Below are positions 49,991 through 62,300 of a stretch of 64,000 nucleotides of DNA, piece after piece. Location: the NCBI RefSeq assembly GCF_009914755.1, contig NC_060937.1. One strand, 5' to 3'. The notes under the pieces were generated by a model. That model ran no database searches, had not been told where the DNA came from, and saw only the letters and a list, made by a program, of their open reading frames with translations. Position numbers and translations under genes: made by a program. Within the stretch, counting starts at the first letter, position 1; each line of letters opens with the position of its first letter. Source of the DNA: the human T2T-CHM13v2.0 reference genome, Homo sapiens.

Positions 49991-52900
49991 GTGCGGTACA
50001 TAAGATATCAAAGTACCCATACTATATAGTATATACTGTACTTAAAATATCAAAATACCCAAAATATATATTATATACGTTACATAAACTATCAAATACA
50101 CAAAGTATGTATTATATACTGTACATAAAATAGAAAAGTTCCCAAAATATGTATTATATATATTATAAATATGTACATAAAATATGAAAGTACCCAACCA
50201 TTTATAATAAACTCTACATAAAACACCAAAGTACCCAAACTGTGTATTATATACTGTCCATAAAATATCAAAGTACCCAAAATATATATTGTAAACTCTA
50301 CATAAAATATCAAAGTAGCCAAAATACATATTGTATACTGTACATAAAATATAAAAGTACCCCAAATATATATTATATACTGTACATAAAATATCAAAGT
50401 ACCCATAATACATATTATATACTGTACATAAAATATCAAAGGACCCAAAATAAACATTATATACTGTACATAAAATATCCAAATACTCAAAATATATATT
50501 ACATACTGTACATAAAATATCAAAGTACCCAAATTATGTACTATATACTGTACGTAAAATATCAGAGTACCCAAAATATGCATTATATACTGTACATAAA
50601 ATATGAAAGTAACAAAACATTTATAATAAACTGTACATAAAATATCAAAGTACTCAAACTATATATCATATACTGTACATAAAATATCAAAGTACCCAAA
50701 CTGTGTATTATTATATACTGTATATAAAATATCAAAGTACCTGAAATATATATTGTATACTGTACATAAAATATCAAAGTACCCAAAATATATACTATAT
50801 ACTGTACATAAAATATGAAGGTACATCAAATATATATTATATCCTGTACATAAAATATCAAAGTACACCTATTATATATTGTGTACTGTACATAATATAT
50901 TAAATCGCCCAAATATATATTGTATACTGTATATAAAATATGAAGGTACTTCAAATATATATTATATGCTGCACATAAAATATCAAAGTACCCAAGGTAT
51001 GCATTACATACTGTACATAAAATATCAAAGTACACAAATTATATATTATATACTGTACATAAAATATGTAGGTTCATCAAATATATTTTATATTCTGTAC
51101 ATAATATATCAAAGTACATCAAATATATATTATATACGGTACATAAAATATCAAATTACCCAAAATATATATCATTTACTGTACATAAAATATGAAAGTA
51201 ACCAAACATTTATAATAAACTGTACATAAATTATCAAAGTACTCAATCTACATATTATATACAGTATATAAAATATCAAAGTACACAAACTGTATATTAT
51301 ATACTGTACATAATATGTCAAAGTACCCAGAATATATAGCATACTGTACATACAATATCAAAGTACCCAGAATGTATATTGTATACTGTACATAAAATAT
51401 GAAGGTACATCAAAGATATATTATATTCTGTACATAAAATATCAAAGTACACCAAATATATATTATATGCTGTACATAATATATTAAAGTTGCCCATGTA
51501 TACATTTTATACTGTACATAAAATATGAAGGTACATCAAATATATAGTATATGCTGCACATAAAATATCAAAGTACCCAAAGTATGTATTATATACTGTA
51601 CATAAAATATCAAAGTACCAAAAGTATATATTACCTACTGTAAATAAAATATGAAGATACCTCAAATATATATTATATTCTGTACATGAAATATCAAAGT
51701 ACACCAAGTATACACTATATACTCTACATAAAATATTAAATTACCCAAAATATGTATTGTATTGTGTACATAAAATATGAAAATAACCAAACATTTATAA
51801 TAAACTGTACATAAAATATCAAAGTACTCAAACTTTATATTATATACTGTACATAAAGTATCAAAGTACCCAAACTGTGTAGTATATACTGTACATAAAA
51901 TATCAAGGTACCCAAAATGTATATTGTAAACTGTAGATAAAATATCAAAGTACCCAAAATATATATTATATACTGTACATAAAATATGAAGGCACATCCA
52001 ATATATATTATATTCTGTACATAAAATATCAAAGTACACCAAATGTATATTATATACTGTACATAAAATATAAAACTACCCCAAATATATCTTATATACT
52101 CTACATAAAATATCAAAGTACCCAAAATATATATTATATACTGTACATAATATATCAAAGTACCCATAGTATGTATTATATCCTGTACATAAAATATGAA
52201 AGTACGTCAAATATATATTCTATTCTGCACATAAAATATCATATTGCACCAAATATATATTGTATACTGTATATAAAATATGAAGGTACTTCAAATATAT
52301 ATTATATGCTGCACATAAAATATCAAAGTACCCAAAGTATGCATTATATACTGTACATAAAATATCAAAGTACCCAAAGTGTATATTATATACTGTACAT
52401 AAAATATGAAGGTTCATCAAATATATTTTATATTCTGCACATAATATATCAAAGTACAGCAAATATATATTATATACTGTACATAAAATAACAAAGTAAC
52501 AAAAATATGTATTATATACTGTACATAAAATATGAAAGTAACCAAATATTTATAATAAACTGTATATAAAATATCAAAGTACTCAAACTACATATTATAT
52601 ACAGTATATAAAATATCAAAGTACCCAAACTATATATTATATACTGTACATACTATATCAAAGTACCCGAATACAGAGCATACTGTACATAAAATATCAA
52701 ATTACCCAAAATATATATTGTATACTGTACATAAAATATGAAGGTACATCAAAGATATATTATATTCTGTACATAAAATATCAAAGTACACCAAATATAT
52801 ATTATATGCTGTACAGAATATATTAAAGTCGACCAAATGTATATTATATACTGTACATAAAATATGAAGGTACATCAAATATATATTATATGCTGCACAT

Positions 52901-53307
52901 AAAATATCAAAGAACCCAAAGTATGTATTATATACTGTACATAAAATATCAAAGTACCCAAAGTATATATTATATACTGTACATAAAATATAAAATACCC
53001 CAAATATATATTATATGCTGTACATAAAATATCAAAGTACACAAAATATGCATTATGTACTGTACATAAATTATCAAAGGACCCAAAATATATATTATAT
53101 AGTGTACATAAAATATCAAAATACCCAAAATATATATTATATACTGTACATAAAATACCAAAGTACCCAAAGTATATATTATATACTGTATAAAAAATAT
53201 CAAAGTAGCCAAAATATGTATTATACACTGTACATAATATATGAAAGTACCCAAACATTTATAATAAACTGTACATAAAATATCAATGTACTCAAACTAT
53301 ATATTAT
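49991..53307 (+). repeat. Representative higher-order unit type B: 79 monomers, 3,317 bp (A + 294-bp cassette + 10-bp insertion)
   Basis: Marker spacings of 3317 at 15534-18851, 49991-53308 and 56321-59638, and 3306 at 2188-5494 (no 10-bp insert, 1-bp deletion). B-diagnostic variants: ATGTAGGTTC, CATACAATATC, ATTACCTACTG, CTCAAACTTTA. Confidence 0.9.
52053..52346 (+). repeat. B-specific 7-monomer (294-bp) cassette; further copies start at about 934, 4240, 11809, 17596, 26174, 40867, 45723, 58383
   Basis: Monomers with AAAACTACCCC, CCCATAGTATG and TCATATTGCACC lie between the ACACCAAATGT and CCCAAAGTGTA monomers, which are directly adjacent in A units. Confidence 0.88.
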
Positions 53308-56300
53308 GTGCGGTACTTAAGATATCAAAGTACCCATACTATATAGTATGTACTGTACTTAAAATATCAAAATACCCAAAATATATATTATATACGTTAC
53401 ATAAACTATCAAATACACAAAGTATGTATTACATACTGTACATAAAATAGCAAAGTTCCCAAAATATGTATTATATACTGTACATAAAATATGAAAGTAC
53501 CCAACCATTTATAATAACCTCTACATAAAATACCAAAGTACCCAAACTGTGTATTATATACTCTCCATAAAATATCAAAGTACCCAAAATATATATTGTC
53601 AACTGTACATAAAATATCAAAGTAGCCAAAATATATATAGTATACCGTACATAAAATATAAAAGTACCCCAAATATGTATTATATACTGTACATAAAATA
53701 TCAAAGTACCGATAATACATATTATATAGTGTACATAAAATATCAGAGGACCCAAAATAAACATTATATACTGTACATAAAATATCCAAATACTCAAAAT
53801 ATATATTACATACTGTACATAAAATATCAAAGTACCCAAATTATGTATTATATACTGTACATAAAATATCAGAGTACCCAAAATATGCATTATATACTGT
53901 ACATAAAATATGAAAGTAACAAAACATTTATAATAAACTGTACATAAAATATCAAAGTACTCAAACTATATATCATATACTGTACATAAAATATCAAAGT
54001 ACCCAAACTGTGTATTATTACATACTGTATATAAAATATCAAAGTACCTGAAATATATACTGTATACTGTACATAAAATATCAAAGTACCCAAAATATAT
54101 GCTATATACTGTACATAAAATATGAAGGTACATCAAATATATATTATATCCTGTACATAAAATATCAAAGTACACCTATTATATATTGTGTACTGTACAT
54201 AATATATTAAATCGCCCAAATATATATTGTATACTGTATAAAAAATATGAAGGTACTTCAAATATATATTATATGCTGCACATAAAATATCAAAGTACCC
54301 AAAGTATGCATTACATACTGTACATAAAATATCAAAGTACACATATTATCTATTATATAATGTACATAAAATATGAAGGTTCATCAAATATATATTATAT
54401 TCTGTACATAATATATCAAAGTACATCAAATATATATTATATACTGTACATAAAATATCAAAGTACCAAAAATATGTATTATATACTGTACATAAAACAT
54501 GAAAGTAACCAAACATTTATAATAAACTGTACATAAAATATCAAAGTACTCAATCTACATATTATATACAGTATATAAAATATCAAAGTACACAAACTGT
54601 ATATTATATACTGTACATAATATATCAAAGTACCCAGAATATATAGCATACTGTACTTAAAATATCAAAGTACCCAAAATATATATTGTATACTGTACAT
54701 AAAATATGAAGGTACATCAAAGATATATTATATTCTGTACATAAAATATCAAAGTACACCAAATATATATTATATGCTGTACATAATATATTAAAGTTGC
54801 CCATATATACATTATATACTGTACATAAAATATGAACGTACATCAAATATATAGTATATGCTGCACATAAAATATCAAAGTACCCAAAGTATGTATTATA
54901 CACTGTACATAAAATATCAAAGTACCAAAAGTATATATTACATACTGTAAATAAAATATGAAGGTACCTCAAATATATATTATATTCTGTACATAAAATA
55001 TCAAAGTACACCAAGTATATACTATATACTCTGCATAAAATATTAAATTACCCAAAATATGTATTGCATTGTGTACATAAAATATGAAAGTAACCAAACA
55101 TTTATAATAAACTGTACATAAAATATCAAAGTACTCAAACTGTATATTATATACTGTACATAAAGTATCAAAGTACCCAAACTGTGTAGTATATACTGTA
55201 CATTAAATATCAAGGTACCCAAAATATATATTGTAAACTGTAGATAAAATATCAAAGTACCCAAAATATATATTATATACTGTACATAAAATATGAAGGC
55301 ACATCCAATATATACTATATTCTGTACATAAAATATCAAAGTACACCAAATGTATATTATATACTGTACAAAAAATATCAAAGTACCCAAAGTGTATATT
55401 ATATACTGTACATAAAATATGAAGGTTCATCAAATATATTTTATATTCTGCACATAGTATATCAAACTACAGCAAATATATATTATATACTGTACATAAA
55501 ATATCAAAGTACCCAAAATATGTATTATATACTGTACATAAAATATGAAAGTAACCAAACATTTATAATAAACTGTACATAAAGTATCAAAGTACTCAAA
55601 CTACATATTATATACAGTATATAAAATGTCAAAGTACCCAAACTGTATATTATATACTGTACATAATATATCAAAGTACCCGAATATATAGCATACTGTA
55701 CATAAAATATCAAGGTACCCAAAGTGTGTATTATACACTGCACATAAAATATGAAGGTACATAAAATATATATTGTATTCTGTACATAAAATATCAAAGT
55801 ACTCCAAATATATATTATATGCTGTACATAATATATTATAGTCGCCCAAATATATATTATATACTGTACATAAAATATGAAGCTATATCAAATATATATT
55901 ATATGCTGCACATAAAATATCAAAGTACCCAAAGTATGTGTTATATACTGTACATAAAATATCAAAGTACCCAATGTATATATTATATACTGTACATAAA
56001 ATATAAAATACCCCAAATATATATTATATGCTGTACATAAAATATCAAAGTACACAAAATATGTATTATATACTGTACATAAAATACCAAAGGACCCAAA
56101 ATATATATTATATACTGTACATAAAATATCAAAATACCCAAAATATATATTATATACTGTACATAAAATACCAAAGTACCCAAAGTATATATTATATACC
56201 GTACAAAAAATATCAAAGTAGCCAAAATATGTATTATACACTGTACATAATATATGAAAGTACCCAAACATTTATAATAAACTGTACATAAAATATCAAT

Positions 56301-59300
56301 GTACTCAAACTATATATTATGTGCGGTACATAAGATATCAAAGTACCCATACTATATAGTATATACTGTACTTAAAATATCAAAATACCCAAAATATATA
56401 TTATATACGTTACATAAACTATCAAATACACAAAGTATGTATTATATACTGTACATAAAATAGAAAAGTTCCCAAAATATGTATTATATATATTATAAAT
56501 ATGTACATAAAATATGAAAGTACCCAACCATTTATAATAAACTCTACATAAAACAACAAAGTACCCAAACTGTGTATTATATACTGTCCATAAAATATCA
56601 AAGTACCCAAAATATATATTGTAAACTCTACATAAAATATAAAAGTAGCCAAAATACATATTGTATACTGTACATAAAATATAAAGGTACCCCAAATATA
56701 TATTATATACTGTACATAAAATATCAAAGTACCCATAATACATATTATATACTGTACATAAAATATCAAAGGACCCAAAATAAACATTATATACTGTACA
56801 TAAAATATCCAAATACTCAAAATATATATTACATACTGTACATAAAATATCAAAGTACCCAAATTATGTACTATATACTGTACGTAAAATATCAGAGTAC
56901 CCAAAATATGCATTATATACTGTACATAAAATATGAAAGTAACAAAACATTTATAATAAACTGTACATAAAATATCAAAGTACTCAAACTATATATCATA
57001 TACTGTACATAAAATATCAAAGTACCCAAACTGTGTATTATTATATACTGTATATAAAATATCAAAGTACCTGAAATATATATTGTATACTGTACATAAA
57101 ATATCAAAGTACACAAAATATGTACTATATACTGTACATAAAATATGAAGGTACATCAAATATATATTATATCCTGTACATAAAATATCAAAGTACACCT
57201 ATTATATATTGTGTACTGTACATAATATATTAAATCGCCCAAATATATATTGTATACTGTATATAAAATATGAAGGTACTTCAAATATATATTATATGCT
57301 GCACATAAAATATCAAAGTACCCAAGGTATGCATTACATACTGTACATAAAATATCAAAGTACACAAATTATATATTATATACTGTACATAAAATATGTA
57401 GGTTCATCAAGTATATTTTATATTCTGTACATAATATATCAAAGTACATCAAATATATATTATATACGGTACATAAAATATCAAATTACCCAAAATATAT
57501 ATTATTTACTGTACATAAAATATGAAAGTAACCAAACATTTATAATAAACTGTACATAAATTATCAAAGTACTCAATCTACATATTATATACGGTATATA
57601 AAATATCAAAGTACACAAACTCTATATTATATACTGTACATAATATGTCAAAGTACCCAGAATATATAGCATACTGTACATACAATATCAAAGTACCCAG
57701 AATGTATATTGTATAATGTACATAAAATATGAAGGTACATCAAAGATATATTATATTCTGTACATAAAATATCAAAGTACACCAAATATATATTATATGC
57801 TGTACATAATATATTAAAGTTGCCCATGTATACATTTTATACTGTACATAAAATATGAAGGTACATCAAATATATAGTATATGCTGCACATAAAATATCA
57901 AAGTACCCAAAGTATGTATTATATACTGTACATAAAATATCAAAGTACCAAAAGTATATATTACCTACTGTAAATAAAATATGAAGATACCTCAAATATA
58001 TATTATATTCTGTACATGAAATATCAAAGTACACCAAGTATATACTATATACTCTACATAAAATATTAAATTACCCAAAATATGTATTGTATTGTGTACA
58101 TAAAATATGAAAATAACCAAACATTTATAATAAACTGTACATAAAATATCAAAGTACTCAAACTTTATATTATATACTGTACATAAAGTATCAAAGTACC
58201 CAAACTGTGTAGTATATACTGTACATAAAATATCAAGGTACCCAAAATGTATATTGTAAACTGTAGATAAAATATCAAAGTACCCAAAATATATATTATA
58301 TACTGTACATAAAATATGAAGGCACATCCAATATATATTATATTCTGTACATAAAATATCAAAGTACACCAAATGTATATTATATACTGTACATAAAATA
58401 TAAAACTACCCCAAATATATCTTATATACTCTACATAAAATATCTAAGTACCCAAAATATATATTATATACTGTACATAATATATCAAAGTACCCATAGT
58501 ATGTATTATATCCTGTACATAAAATATGAAAGTACGTCAAATATATATTCTATTCTGCACATAAAATATCATATTGCACCAAATATATATTGTATACTGT
58601 ATATAAAATATGAAGGTACTTCAAATATATATTATATGCTGCACATAAAATATCAAAGTACCCAAAGTATGCATTATATACTGTACATAAAATATCAAAG
58701 TACCCAAAGTGTATATTATATACTGTACATAAAATATGAAGGTTCATCAAATATATTTTATATTCTGCACATAATATATCAAAGTACAGCAAATATATAT
58801 TATATACTGTACATAAAATAACAAAGTAACAAAAATATGTATTATATACTGTACATAAAATATGAAAGTAACCAAATATTTATAATAAACTGTATATAAA
58901 ATATCAAAGAACTCAAACTACATATTATATACAGTATATAAAATATCAAAGTACCCAAACTATATATTATATACTGTACATACTATATCAAAGTACCCGA
59001 ATATATAGCATACTGTACATAAAATATCAAATTACCCAAAATATATATTGTATACTGTACATAAAATATGAAGGTACATCAAAGATATATTATATTCTGT
59101 ACATAAAATATCAAAGTACACCAAATATATATTATATCCTGTACAGAATATATTAAAGTCGACCAAATGTATATTATATACTGTACATAAAATATGAAGG
59201 TACATCAAATATATATTATATGCTGCACATAAAATATCAAAGTACCCAAAGTATGTGTTATATACTGTACATAAAATATCAAAGTACCCAAAGTATATAT

Positions 59301-62300
59301 TATATACTGTACATAAAATATAAAATACCCCAAATATATATTATATGCTGTACATAAAATATCAAAGTACACAAAATATGCATTATGTACTGTACATAAA
59401 TTATCAAAGGACCCAAAATATATATTATATAGTGTACATAAAATATCAAAATACCCAAAATATATATTATATACTGTACATAAAATACCAAAGTACCCAA
59501 AGTATATATTATATACTGTATAAAAAATATCAAAGTAGCCAAAATATGTATTATACACTGTACATAATATATGAAAGTACCCAAACATTTATAATAAACT
59601 GTACATAAAATATCAATGTACTCAAACTATATATTATGTGCGGTACTTAAGATATCAAAGTACCCATACTATATAGTATGTACTGTACTTAAAATATCAA
59701 AATACCCAAAATATATATTATATACGTTACATAAACTATCAAATACACAAAGTATGTATTACATACTGTACATAAAATAGCAAAGTTCCCAAAATATGTA
59801 TTATATACTGTACATAAAATATGAAAGTACCCAACCATTTATAATAAACTCTACATAAAATACCAAAGTACCCAAACTGTGTATTATATACTCTCCATAA
59901 AATATCAAAGTACCCAAAATATATATTGTCAACTGTACATGAAATATCAAAGTAGCCAAAATATATATAGTATACCGTACATAAAATATAAAAGTACCCC
60001 AAATATGTATTATATACTGTACATAAAATATCAAAGTACCGATAATACATATTATATAGTGTACATAAAATATCAGAGGACCCAAAATAAACATTATATA
60101 CTGTACATAAAATATCCAAATACTCAAAATATATATTACATACTATACATAAAATATCAAAGTACCCAAATTATGTATTATATACTGTACATAAAATATC
60201 AGAGTACCCAAAATATGCATTATATACTGTACATAAAATATGAAAGTAACAAAACATTTATAATAAACTGTACATAAAATATCAAAGTACTCAAACTATA
60301 TATCATATACTGTACATAAAATATCAAAGTACCCAAACTGTGTATTATTATATACTGTATATAAAATATCAAAATACCTGAAATATATACTGTATACTGT
60401 ACATAAAATATCAAAGTACCCAAAATATATACTGTATACTGTACATAAAATATGAAGGTACATCAAATATATATTGTATCCTGTACATAAAATATCAAAG
60501 TACACCTATTATATATTGTGTACTGTACATAATATATTAAATCGCCCAAATATATATTGTATACTGTATATAAAATATGAAGTTACTTCAAATATATATT
60601 ATATGCTGCACATAAAATATCAAAGTACCCAAAGTATGCATTACATACTGTACATAAAATATCAAAGTACCCAAAGTGTATATTATATACTGTACATAAA
60701 ATATGAAGGTTCATCAAATATATTTTATATTCTGCACAAAATATATCAAAGTACAGCAAATATATATTATATACTGTACATAAAATAACAAAGTACCAAA
60801 AACATGTATTATATACTGTACATAAAATATGAAAGTAACCAAATATTTATGATAAACTGTATATGAAATATCAAAGTACTCAAACTACATATTATATACA
60901 GTATATAAAATATCAAAGTACCCAAACTGTATATTATATACTGTACATACTATATCAAAGTACCCGAATATATAGCATACTGTACATAAAATATCAAAGT
61001 ACCCAAAATATATATTGTATACTGTACATAAAATATGAAGGTACATCTAAGATATATTATATTCTGTACATAAAATATCAAATTACACCAAATATATATT
61101 ATATGCTGTACATAATATATTAAAGTCGACCAAATATATATTATATACTGTACATAAAATATGAAGATACATCAAATATATATTATATGCTGCACATAAA
61201 ATATCAAAGTACCCAAAGTATGTATTATACACTGTACATAAAATATCAAAGTACCAAAAGTATATATTACATACTGTAAATAAAATATGAAGGTACCTCA
61301 AATATATATTATATTCTGTACATAAAATATCAAAGTACACCAAGTATATACTATATACTCTGCATAAAATATTAAATTACCCAAAATATGTATTGTATTG
61401 TGTACATAAAATATGAAAGTAACCAAACATTTATAATAAACTGTACATAAAATATCAAAGTACTCAAACTGTATATTATATACTGTACATAAAATATCAA
61501 AGTACCCAAACTGTGTAGTATATACTGTACATAAAATATCAAGGTACCCAAAATATATATTGTAAACTGTAGATAAAATATCAAAATACCCAAACTATAT
61601 ATTATATACTGTACATAAAATATGAAGGCACATCAAATATATATTATATTCTGTACATAAAATATCAAAATACACCAAATGTATATTATATACTGTACAT
61701 AAAATATCAAAGTACCCAAAGTGTATATTATATACTGTACATAAAATATGAAGGTTCATCAAACATATTTTATATTCTGCACATAATATATCAAAGTACA
61801 GCAAATATATATTATATACTGTACATAAAATATCAAAGTACCCAGAATATGTATTATATACTGTACATAAAATATGAAAGTAAGCCAACATTTGTAATAA
61901 AATGTACATAAAGTAACAAAGTACTCAAACTACATATTATATACAGTATATAAAATGTCAAAGTACCCAAACTGTATATTATATACTGTACATAATATAT
62001 CAAAGTACCCGAATATATAGCATACTGTACATAAAATATCAAAGTACCCAAAGTGTGTATTATACACTGCACATAAAATATGAAGGTACATAAAATATAT
62101 ATTGTATTCTGTACATAAAATATCAAAGTACTCCAAATATATATTATATGCTGTACATAATATATTAAAGTCGCCCAAATATATATTATATACTGTACAT
62201 AAAATATGAAGGTACATCAAATATATATTATATGCTGCACATAAAATATCAAAGTACCCAAAGTATGTGTTATATACTGTACATAAAATATCAAAGTACC

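Larger units (their letters stand above)
45710..60650 (+). repeat. 6,330-bp A+B dimeric super-repeat, about 2.4 tandem copies
   Basis: Markers at 46978/53308/59638 and 49991/56321 are each 6330 apart. The ORF track recurs at the same offset (46545/52875/59205; 50042/56372; 51507/57837). Confidence 0.92.
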
